The notes below the pieces were generated by a model. That model searched no databases, was not told the DNA's origin, and saw only the letters and a list, made by a program, of their open reading frames with translations. DNA of 64,000 bases from Candidatus Hermodarchaeota archaeon. GTDB taxonomy: Archaea > Asgardarchaeota > Lokiarchaeia > Sigyniarchaeales > SOKP01. The DNA lies in assembly GCA_048885925.1 (NCBI GenBank), contig JBHLLG010000010.1:11234-75233 (forward strand). Direction: 5' to 3'. Below are positions 1 through 8,988 of the stretch, in pieces. How positions within the stretch are numbered: the first letter of the stretch is position 1; every line of letters begins with the position of its first letter. Both the position numbers and the translations under genes were made by a program.

Positions 1-2
1 CT

Positions 3-437
3 AGTAGATTAAAGAAACCAAATAAAATAGCTGTACCTTACGCATTTTATGAAGCAGGATTCTTATTTATTACGTTCTATACTCCCTGGAATGAATGTGC
101 ACATTTCGCCGAAATGTATACCGAAACAGCTGAAAGATATGGAATTCCACCAACACTTTGGATTGCAAGCATAGAACGTTGTCGACAAGCAATCTGTATG
201 CCAATTGTTTGTTTTGATTCAACTAAGCAATCAGATTTAGAAAAAGTCCAAGATATGAATAGAGAAATTACAGAATATAGTTTAAAACAAGGATGGCTTA
301 ATTATCGTCCTGATCCGTATATACATGCGCCTCTAACATATTCCCAGGCTGGGATGTACTGGAAATATTTGAGAAAAATAAAGAAGATTTTTGATCCTAA
401 TATGATAATGCATCCTGGAAGACTTGCGCTTCCATAA
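3..437 (+). CDS. FAD-linked oxidase/oxidoreductase C-terminal part (GlcD/LdhA-like); 5'-truncated by the window
   Basis: Frame is open from the window start. The C-terminus 'KIKKIFDPNMIMHPG' is typical of FAD-oxidase_C. A CCG-domain Fe-S partner gene follows. Confidence 0.7.
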   Translation, partial: SRLKKPNKIAVPYAFYEAGFLFITFYTPWNECAHFAEMYTETAERYGIPPTLWIASIERCRQAICMPIVCFDSTKQSDLEKVQDMNREITEYSLKQGWLNYRPDPYIHAPLTYSQAGMYWKYLRKIKKIFDPNMIMHPGRLALP

Positions 438-442
438 ATAAA

Positions 443-448
443 GGAGGT
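443..448 (+). promoter_or_regulatory. Shine-Dalgarno motif GGAGGT
   Basis: GGAGGT lies 8 nt upstream of the ATG at 457. Confidence 0.7.
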
Positions 449-456
449 TAAAAAAA

Positions 457-1845
457 ATGTCAAAAACAGGAATGGAAAGGCTTGAAGAATTAAAAAAAGA
501 TATTTTTAAATGTATTCATTGCAAAGCATGCCGATTTGCCTATTCTGGAGAACCTAGCAGGAAAGGAATAGGAGAATTTAAAGGTAAACAACAAACTGTT
601 CTTTATGAAGGTATGATAGATGCTTGTCCTGCAGGTATAGAATATGGTTGGGAAGCGTTCTGGAATGCAGGTAAGATGTGGATTGCAAGATGCATTCTAA
701 ACGACGATTTAGAATTTTCTGAAGAAGTTAGGGATGTTTTAATGCCTTGTATTACATGTGGACAATGTTCAGCTCAATGTGAAAATAAGGTTCGCACGGT
801 AGATATTATAGAAGCTCTACGCGCTGCATGTAAAGAGGCAGGGGTCCCTATGATCGAAAAACATCAATTAGTTGAGCGTCTGACTAAGGAATTAAACAAT
901 CCATATGGTGGAAAAGCAGAAGAACGATTTAAATGGGCAAAAGAAGCTGGTTTAGAGAAATATATTAATAATAAAGAAGCTAAGGTTGGCTATTTTGTCG
1001 GCTGTACAGCAAGTTATAGGCAAATGGAAATAGCCGCGGCAACTTGTAAGATTTTTGAACAGTTAGGGATCAACTTTAAATTAGTTGAGGATGAAGTATG
1101 TTGTGGAAGCCCATTCTTTAGAGTAGGTGCTGTTGATACTGCTCAAGAGTTAATGAATAAAAATATTGAAGCTTTTAAAAATTTAGATTTAGTGTTTTTT
1201 AGTTGCGCGGGATGTTATAAGACTTTTACAAATGATTATCCTAAATGGTCAGTAGAAGGTAAAATTCCTTTTAAAACTATGCATGCATTTGAATTAATTG
1301 CTCGACTAATTACGGCAGAAAAAATCAAATTTAAACCAAATAAGAATTTAAAAGAAAAAATAGTTACTTATCATGATCCATGTCATCTTGGAAGGCATAT
1401 AGCCTTAGAAATAGAACAGAGTATAATAGAAGAATCTAAGAATCTAATGATGGATAGTCGAAAAATTAAACAAGCAATTGATGCGTGGTATGAAGTTCCT
1501 CGAATTATATTAAGACAATTGGAACAAGATGTTGGTATTAAGTTTAAAGAGATGTATCGAATAAAACTAGATAGTTTCTGCTGTGGAGCTGGTGGAGGCG
1601 TAAGGGCAGGTTATCCCGATTTTTCATTGAGAACTTCAAGTTTACGATTAGATGAAGTTAATGCGATTGGTGCTGACATAGTTACAACCGAATGCCCATT
1701 TTGCTATAGGAACCTTTTTGATGCAAATGAGCAATTTAAACATGGTGTATTAGTATACGGCTTAATTCAAATGATTGATGAATTTAAGCTCTTAGAGATT
1801 AAAGAAAAACCTACATTGGCAGAAATTTTAAAGATGAAGGACTGA
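457..1845 (+). CDS. Fe-S oxidoreductase, HdrD/GlcF/GlpC family (4Fe-4S dicluster plus two CCG domains)
   Basis: Motifs CIHCKAC, CITCGQCSAQC, two CCG motifs, YHDPCHLGR and TECPFC. Confidence 0.9.
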   Translation: MSKTGMERLEELKKDIFKCIHCKACRFAYSGEPSRKGIGEFKGKQQTVLYEGMIDACPAGIEYGWEAFWNAGKMWIARCILNDDLEFSEEVRDVLMPCITCGQCSAQCENKVRTVDIIEALRAACKEAGVPMIEKHQLVERLTKELNNPYGGKAEERFKWAKEAGLEKYINNKEAKVGYFVGCTASYRQMEIAAATCKIFEQLGINFKLVEDEVCCGSPFFRVGAVDTAQELMNKNIEAFKNLDLVFFSCAGCYKTFTNDYPKWSVEGKIPFKTMHAFELIARLITAEKIKFKPNKNLKEKIVTYHDPCHLGRHIALEIEQSIIEESKNLMMDSRKIKQAIDAWYEVPRIILRQLEQDVGIKFKEMYRIKLDSFCCGAGGGVRAGYPDFSLRTSSLRLDEVNAIGADIVTTECPFCYRNLFDANEQFKHGVLVYGLIQMIDEFKLLEIKEKPTLAEILKMKD

Positions 1846-1999
1846 ATTTTTTACTCCTCTAATTTTTTTTATTTTATTCTTGTTTCTTTGAAAGTATTAG
1901 ATTTGTTGATTAAACTTATAGGGATATTGAATCACATTTAAAAGCTAAATACACTTAATTTTTATTTAAATAGTTTTATTATCTTGAGAGTGAAATTTC

Positions 2000-3508
2000 A
2001 TGAATCGTAAAAAACTTATACCTATTATTTCAGCAGGAATTATTATTATAATCGTAATAGCATTAATTGTTATATTTATTCCATTTGGAGGAAAACGAGC
2101 AGTAGGTGCAAGAAAAGCAATAATTCTTTCCAGTGCAAATGATTATTATAGAAAAGAGGGAGAACCTGATTTCAATAATGGAGAAGATGGGAAATTTGAC
2201 GGTGAACCCTTTCCATCTAAGTGGATAGAAGATTATAAGAACAATAGTTATGGAGGCATTGATAGCTCTATACCTGGTCATAACACTCCTGGAGTAATAC
2301 AATTAATTGTAACTGCTCCTGCTACGCTTAAATATGTTAATACGGAGTTTGTATATAATTGGACGAAATATTATCCATTAATTAAATATGCAGCATATAA
2401 TCTTTCTGCTTGGGTAAATATAACAACTAATATAAACACACCACCAATTTTTCCTGCAATAATAGTACCTTTTACTGGCGCTGGTGCAAGAATAGGATTA
2501 CGATGGATAAATTCTAGCAATGATATTGTAAGAACAGATTGGTCAGAGGGTATATTTGGACCCTTTATAGGTTGGACTTTTCTAAATGTAACGGGTATCG
2601 CAGATAATTCTACTTTAAACGATATTACCCAACTGCATTTAGTTTTAGCAGTTGAGGGTAATATGACGGGTACTACCATGGTGCTTTTTGATGACATTAA
2701 AGTAGAATATTGGTTCCCACCTCCAATACCAAGCCCTCCTCCTAGTAATGTAGATTCAGATGGGTTTCCTGCTCAAGCACTCCAAGTATACTGGGTTCTA
2801 AAAAATCATGGATACACTGATGATAATATCTTTCTAATGTTGTATCATACGAATGATAATATAATAGACATAAATGCTAATGATGGAATACCAAATGATT
2901 TAGTTGGTGCAGTAGTTGATGTAGAGAATGATGATGTGAATGCAAGTAGATTTAAATATGAATTAGACATTTCAAGTTCAGGTTCATTTGCATCCAACAT
3001 TAAACCCAATGATCAATTAATAATTTTTATGACTGATCATGGCTCAAATAAAGTTCTTGGTGGGGGAAATGCTACATTTCATTTTGAAGCAGATGATAGC
3101 TATATTTCTGAAATGGAATTTTATAATCTTGTAAAACTGATTAATTGTAAACGAATATTGATAAACATTGACAGTTGTTTTAGTGGAAACTTTTTAAATC
3201 AAGACTCTAACATTGGGTTAAGTTGGTATAATATACCTAATTCGATTCTAGTCACAGCAAGTTCTGATAATCTAGCATGGAGTTGGCGAAATGTCTACAA
3301 TGGAGATGGTTTTGCTGGATCTTGGTTCTTTCATCATTTTTGGAATCAATTAAATCAAAGTCAAACAATAGGATCTGCTTTCGATTTTGCTAAAAATTAT
3401 ATTCCGGTAGGGTATGTGAATTCTGTATTCGAAATTCAAAACCCTTTAATACAAGATAATTTAGGGATAAAAGACACATGGTCTTTCACCAATACTCCTT
3501 CACTATGA
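2000..3508 (+). CDS. Membrane-anchored clan CD peptidase (C13 legumain/GPI8-like) with an inserted jelly-roll/CBM-like domain
   Basis: N-terminal TM; 'YWVLKNHGYTDDNIFLM'; His-Cys dyad motifs 'FMTDHG' and 'IDSCFSG'; inserted beta-rich domain ending 'VLFDDIKVEY' followed by a Pro-rich linker. Confidence 0.75.
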   Translation: MNRKKLIPIISAGIIIIIVIALIVIFIPFGGKRAVGARKAIILSSANDYYRKEGEPDFNNGEDGKFDGEPFPSKWIEDYKNNSYGGIDSSIPGHNTPGVIQLIVTAPATLKYVNTEFVYNWTKYYPLIKYAAYNLSAWVNITTNINTPPIFPAIIVPFTGAGARIGLRWINSSNDIVRTDWSEGIFGPFIGWTFLNVTGIADNSTLNDITQLHLVLAVEGNMTGTTMVLFDDIKVEYWFPPPIPSPPPSNVDSDGFPAQALQVYWVLKNHGYTDDNIFLMLYHTNDNIIDINANDGIPNDLVGAVVDVENDDVNASRFKYELDISSSGSFASNIKPNDQLIIFMTDHGSNKVLGGGNATFHFEADDSYISEMEFYNLVKLINCKRILINIDSCFSGNFLNQDSNIGLSWYNIPNSILVTASSDNLAWSWRNVYNGDGFAGSWFFHHFWNQLNQSQTIGSAFDFAKNYIPVGYVNSVFEIQNPLIQDNLGIKDTWSFTNTPSL

Positions 3509-3709
3509 TTAATTATTAATCTAATCTCTTAATTTTTCAAAGATTTTTTTTAAATTTATTTTATTAATATTAGAGGTCAAATTCAAATCTTCTTGAATAA
3601 TCTGACCGCTTCCATTTTTATTCCCTTAAATTTATATTGCAATTAAAATTTATTCTAAATTAATGCAAAAAACATGTAAAAAAGAATTAAACTAAGGTTT
3701 AATAAAAAT

Positions 3710-4345
3710 ATGAAAAGGGCTCTCATTCACTCAATTCTTTTTTTAATACTATTTTTGCCTACTGTATTCATTCATTCTCTTTGTTTCAGAAATTTTTCAA
3801 CAGAAGAAAAAACAATTCTTAATACTCATAAATTAATTCGATTTGCTCAAAGTTCTACTAATGATACGATATCCCCTATTATTACATTTATTGAACCATC
3901 TATGAATAATACTATAATAAAGAAAAAGTCGTACACATTTATTGTAAATATAACTGACGAAAATCCTCCGTCTTATGGCAATGTAACTATACAAATTTCA
4001 AATTATACTAACATTATGTTTACTAGCAAAATGAATAATACTGAAGGCTATTTATGGAGTTTTACCTGGGATAACATCAGTTTATATCCTAACCAATATT
4101 ATTCAGTTTATATTATTCAAATTTGGGCTAAAGATTCTTCCTCAAATGAAAATATAGGAACGTTTGAAGACTTTTATATTTATTTAAATATACCTACTCA
4201 GCCTTCAGGTGTAATAACTGTAATAATTTCTCTTGTCATAGTTTCCTTCCTTATAAGCGGAATATTGGTATGTTTAGATAGAAAATTACTTAAAAAACCA
4301 TCTGATAAAAAAAGAGGGAAAATCAAAGGGATATTTGATGAATGA
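3710..4345 (+). CDS. Surface/membrane protein: signal peptide, Ig-like domain, C-terminal TM and basic tail
   Basis: Hydrophobic N-terminus; 'DTISPIITFIEP' and 'YIIQIWAKDSSSN' Ig-like (Big) pattern; several N-X-S/T sequons; C-terminal TM followed by a Lys-rich tail. Confidence 0.65.
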   Translation: MKRALIHSILFLILFLPTVFIHSLCFRNFSTEEKTILNTHKLIRFAQSSTNDTISPIITFIEPSMNNTIIKKKSYTFIVNITDENPPSYGNVTIQISNYTNIMFTSKMNNTEGYLWSFTWDNISLYPNQYYSVYIIQIWAKDSSSNENIGTFEDFYIYLNIPTQPSGVITVIISLVIVSFLISGILVCLDRKLLKKPSDKKRGKIKGIFDE

Positions 4346-4535
4346 ATTTTTTGTATCATTTTGCTTATTTTGAATAAATTATAACACTTAATTTATCCAA
4401 AAATCCATTAAATATCTTTAAATTTCACTAAAATAAACATCCTTAAATATAAAATTTTTAATTCCAAAAGAATAAAAGTTAAAATTTTCATTAATTACAA
4501 AATATATTATTGCCATTTTTGGGGTCTATATAATA

Positions 4536-7500
4536 TTGATTAATGTGGATGAGAAATCTGCTTACCCTTACATTACAAAATTTAAGAAGGAACCGTTTAA
4601 AACTTTCATTAGGCTAAAAAGTAAAGAAATTAGAAATTTTTATTATAGCGACCACAATAAATTAATTGAGTTTTATAATTTTTTTAATTATAATTTATTA
4701 AATGATCCAGGAATTAATTTAGAGAATCTTTTCTGGTTTCTTTTATTCAGGAAATTTATCAAAGAAAATAAAAAAGAGAAAAGGGATGAGTTATTTAATT
4801 TCATAAAAAAATGTGAAATACTTCAGAATGAACAATTAGGATTTAAAGAATCTCCACATTCAGAGAAAATTCCAGATATTTATTCAACATATTTAGCATT
4901 ATCCTCTTTAAAAGCATTAGATTTATTAAAAGAATATTTAGTTTCCAAGGATCATGACCAGATAAAAGGAGAGATTAAAAATTTCATATTGAGCTTGAAG
5001 AAAGGCAATAAATTTTTACATTGTCAAGATAAAGCATGTGTAATTTGTAAAAATATCTCACCAGCAATAACATTATATTATGTTATGGAAATATTTACAC
5101 TTTTGGGAATTGATGTTCGTGTTAATAGAGATCAATTCAGTTCCTACATTGGGGATAAGAAAAGGGATTTCTCTTTGATTTTTAGATTACTTTGCTTTAA
5201 ATTCTTAGATCTCGAGTTTGAAGTAAAGGATAAAGAAATCCAATACCTTCAACAACTTCAAAATGAAGATGGAGGTTTTGCATTTAACGAAAATGATGAG
5301 ATTAATTCAACTTTATGGGTGGGCTATCTTCTTGAACTATATTCTTGGTTTATCGATTATAGGCCCTTAAGAACCTATTCTTTTATAAATAACAAATTAA
5401 AAGAAATATTAAAAATTCAAGATGAATGGAATTCTAAAAAATTAAATGACGCTTCAAAGTTAGTAATTCTACTATCTTTTGTTTGGAAAAAGTTTATTGA
5501 TGAAATTGAAAGGATTTTATTCAAACAATTAGAAAAAGAAAAATATATTGATTTAAACCGATTAAAAATTACATTTGGATTCATAGAACAAATTGAAGAA
5601 ATTACCTCATATATTAATCTTAATTATAACTTTAAATTAAAATTTATAGATAATGAAAAAGAATTTAAGAATTATATAGGCAATTTTAGTAATGGAAAGC
5701 AAAAATTCTTCCAAAATTTCTACGATAAACTAAATAATAATAGTGTAATATCACTCACTGGACTTATTAAACAATATAGAACACTTAATTATGAACCTTT
5801 AAAACTAAAAGAGGAAATTTTTCCTATTATACGAGATATGGTTAAAGTTAACCTATTTAAAGGTAAAATTAGAAAGAAAAAAACTTTTTTGGGTTTTAAA
5901 ACAAAATATTTATTCTATTTGGATAATCAATTAAAAAGGATAATTGTGTCTAATATTGATATAAATGCGGAAGACATTTTTCAAGAAAAAGAAAGACTAG
6001 AAGATATTAGAAATGATATTTATAACATGACCTTAAAGTTAAAAAATGTTAGTCATCAGATAAAAGAGGAAATAAACAGCTACCTTATAATTAATGAAGT
6101 TGATTATGCAAAAGAAAGATTGAAATTTACTTTAAGAAATGCATTAATGGAAGCAGGCTTTTTAAATGAAAATATTGAAAACTCATTTAATCAAATTCTA
6201 AAATATATTAATATTCAAGCTAATTTAGGAACTGAAATATCTCAATGGAATAAGAGATATGCGTTATTACAGAAAAAATTGGGAGAGTTAGATCTATATC
6301 TCAAGAATAAGATTGAAGAAAAAGAACAACTAAGAAATTTGAATAATATTTTAGATAATCTCAAAGAAAAATTATTCATTATTAAAGAAGATTTAATAAA
6401 AAAGATGGATACCTTTAGAACCTCTTTTAATGAAAAACTTGAAACAGGATTCGATAATGCTAAATTTAATAGCCTTATACAAGATTTAGATCAAATCTCC
6501 CAGAAAGTGAGAAAATATGACAAAATCATATATAATGTTTCACAGCAGTTTATATCGAAAGAAAAAAAAATTGTTAAGAATCATAAAAAAGTAATTGCCA
6601 ATTGGATAAGCATCAAAGAGAAATTTGATAATGAGTTTAAATTTTATACTGATGGATTCCAGTTTTTTAATATCAATTTAAAAAAAATAATAGATATAAA
6701 TAATCAATTAAATGCTGATCTTGAAGATATTGAAGTAAAGGTTAATATAAAAATCAAATCTAATGAATTTCAAGATGCTTTTAATTTTATTAAAAAAGAA
6801 TCAGATGCTTTACTAAATCAGAGGATTAATGAAATCAAGGACCTTAAATCTATTATTAATCAAGAATTAAAAAGTAAACAAAAGCTCAATTTACTTTTTC
6901 ATCATTTACAGGACAAGTTGGAAAGTTTAGAAATTAATATAATTGAAGTAATAGCAAATCAAACTAAAAATGTAAAGGATAAAATTTTAGAAGAGAGAAA
7001 CCGCTCAAGTATAGAAGATTTTGATAATTTTGTTTCTCAAGAGATTATTAATCTCAAATCTAAACTAAATAGCATCAAAAATAATTTAATAAATTTATCC
7101 TTCTTAAAAATTGAAGATGTTAATAAAGAATTTGATATTATACAAGCTGATTTTAATAAAAGCAAAAAGGAATATTCAAAAAAGTTAAATGATTGCATTA
7201 AAGCTATCAAGGATTTTAATGAAAAGTCAAAATTAACAATTATACAATGGGAAAAATTCAATGATTTTTTCAATAATGAGATTCCAGTTTTAAAAAATAA
7301 CTTTATTAATCGAATTATTTTAAATGAAATTTATAAATTAACTACTAAGAAAAAAACAAATATCGTTAAATTAACGGATCTAAAAAATGAAACTAAATTA
7401 TCATGTAAAATCCTCATAAACAAATTAAAAGATATGATTGATATTTCGAAGATTAATGCTGAACTTAATGAGCGGGATAAAACAGTTTTGGTTTATACTG

Positions 7501-8945
7501 ATTCCTATTACTTAAATAAAGAACTACAAAATTATGTAGACAATAACATATTAAAATTAAATAGAGAGAGGATAGGTAAGATTTTAGCTCTATATGATTC
7601 GAGTATTAGAAATCGAACATTGAATGTAAATATGTTAGAATTAAAGAATAGAATTAAGGATTTAAAAATTTTTGACGATGTTATTCCTCAACAATTCAGT
7701 GAAAAAGTTAAAGAACTTCAAGTAAATCAAGAAAGAGACGACTTTATAGAAATTAAAAAAAATTTTGAATCGATTTTAAAAAATAATAAAATAGCTATAA
7801 ATAAAATAATATTTAATATAGACCTCTTTAATAATGTCCAGAATTTCATCAATCAGCAGTTTAATACCCTGAATGCTGAATTGAATCAATTTTTAATTAA
7901 AATTTTCAAAACCGTAGAGGATACTAATAATTACATAAAAATCCAAGAGACTTTAGAAAATAAAAAGAAATTTTTTAATGAAAATTTTAAGCAATCTCAA
8001 ATTAAGATAGAGGAGAAAATCAATTCATTAGTAAGTAAAACAGTTAATTCAGGAAATTTAGAATCTGAGATAAGAGAATTATATGTGAAAGTAAAAAATA
8101 ATTTTTTAGAGGAATATGACAACAAAATCCAAAAAGTTAATGATCGAATTGTTTCATTGAAGAATGAATCATATAGGGAACAAATTACATCTTTAATTAA
8201 TGAAAATAAATTATATTTAAGCCAATTGCTTGGTAATTTAGAAAGAAAAGTAGAAGATAATATAGAAATTAAAGAATTTAAGAAGAGTAATGTAATAATC
8301 CAGAAAAGAGCTAAAAGTATTGAAATGGAGATAAAAGAGATTAACAAAAAAATTGAGACTTCAATAAAGGATCTTAACAAAAAATCAATTAATTTTTCTC
8401 AAATATCTACATTTATACTCGAAGATTATTATAAATTTATTTCAGAATATTCAGAAATTCTATCTGAAAAAGTAAAAGCTATGGAACGATTAATTGTAAA
8501 ATCCTATATCGAAATGACAATTAAAGCTGTATCAAATGAATATTTGACTATTGGATTTTTAAATAATGAATTAAAAATTAAAAAGAAGAATATTCAAGAT
8601 CATTTATTATTTCTTATTAGTTCAGGAGAATTAAAGGGCAAATATGATCCTCGTTTTGGAATATACTATGAAAATCCTGAAATATTAGATGAATTAGATG
8701 CTACTGAATTAGAAGTAATAAAGAGTACTAATTATAAAGTAAGTATGATGCTTCGTCATTTTAAAAATTTTGCTAGTCAATATGGAAGTATTATAGCCTT
8801 TTTTGCTTCAATTATTACCATTTCATATTATTTATTCCTTTTTAGTGGAAATAATCCAGCGGTAATAGCATTGCCCATCATTGCTATCATCTTAATTTTG
8901 AGCCTTTACTTCTTAAGGAAAGAAAAAGAGGAAAAAATCAAATAA
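4536..8945 (+). CDS. Large tail-anchored protein: prenyltransferase/squalene-cyclase repeats, long coiled coils, PCI/winged-helix modules, two C-terminal TMs
   Basis: 'PDIYSTYLALSSLKALD' and 'YLQQLQNEDGGF' (PFTB/QW-like repeats); long heptad-rich regions; 'LLFLISSGELKGKYD' PCI-like; hydrophobic hairpin at the C-terminus. Confidence 0.6.
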   Translation: MINVDEKSAYPYITKFKKEPFKTFIRLKSKEIRNFYYSDHNKLIEFYNFFNYNLLNDPGINLENLFWFLLFRKFIKENKKEKRDELFNFIKKCEILQNEQLGFKESPHSEKIPDIYSTYLALSSLKALDLLKEYLVSKDHDQIKGEIKNFILSLKKGNKFLHCQDKACVICKNISPAITLYYVMEIFTLLGIDVRVNRDQFSSYIGDKKRDFSLIFRLLCFKFLDLEFEVKDKEIQYLQQLQNEDGGFAFNENDEINSTLWVGYLLELYSWFIDYRPLRTYSFINNKLKEILKIQDEWNSKKLNDASKLVILLSFVWKKFIDEIERILFKQLEKEKYIDLNRLKITFGFIEQIEEITSYINLNYNFKLKFIDNEKEFKNYIGNFSNGKQKFFQNFYDKLNNNSVISLTGLIKQYRTLNYEPLKLKEEIFPIIRDMVKVNLFKGKIRKKKTFLGFKTKYLFYLDNQLKRIIVSNIDINAEDIFQEKERLEDIRNDIYNMTLKLKNVSHQIKEEINSYLIINEVDYAKERLKFTLRNALMEAGFLNENIENSFNQILKYINIQANLGTEISQWNKRYALLQKKLGELDLYLKNKIEEKEQLRNLNNILDNLKEKLFIIKEDLIKKMDTFRTSFNEKLETGFDNAKFNSLIQDLDQISQKVRKYDKIIYNVSQQFISKEKKIVKNHKKVIANWISIKEKFDNEFKFYTDGFQFFNINLKKIIDINNQLNADLEDIEVKVNIKIKSNEFQDAFNFIKKESDALLNQRINEIKDLKSIINQELKSKQKLNLLFHHLQDKLESLEINIIEVIANQTKNVKDKILEERNRSSIEDFDNFVSQEIINLKSKLNSIKNNLINLSFLKIEDVNKEFDIIQADFNKSKKEYSKKLNDCIKAIKDFNEKSKLTIIQWEKFNDFFNNEIPVLKNNFINRIILNEIYKLTTKKKTNIVKLTDLKNETKLSCKILINKLKDMIDISKINAELNERDKTVLVYTDSYYLNKELQNYVDNNILKLNRERIGKILALYDSSIRNRTLNVNMLELKNRIKDLKIFDDVIPQQFSEKVKELQVNQERDDFIEIKKNFESILKNNKIAINKIIFNIDLFNNVQNFINQQFNTLNAELNQFLIKIFKTVEDTNNYIKIQETLENKKKFFNENFKQSQIKIEEKINSLVSKTVNSGNLESEIRELYVKVKNNFLEEYDNKIQKVNDRIVSLKNESYREQITSLINENKLYLSQLLGNLERKVEDNIEIKEFKKSNVIIQKRAKSIEMEIKEINKKIETSIKDLNKKSINFSQISTFILEDYYKFISEYSEILSEKVKAMERLIVKSYIEMTIKAVSNEYLTIGFLNNELKIKKKNIQDHLLFLISSGELKGKYDPRFGIYYENPEILDELDATELEVIKSTNYKVSMMLRHFKNFASQYGSIIAFFASIITISYYLFLFSGNNPAVIALPIIAIILILSLYFLRKEKEEKIK

Positions 8946-8988
8946 TTATTAAATTACGCTTTTTGGTAAATTAGAATAAAGTTATTAT

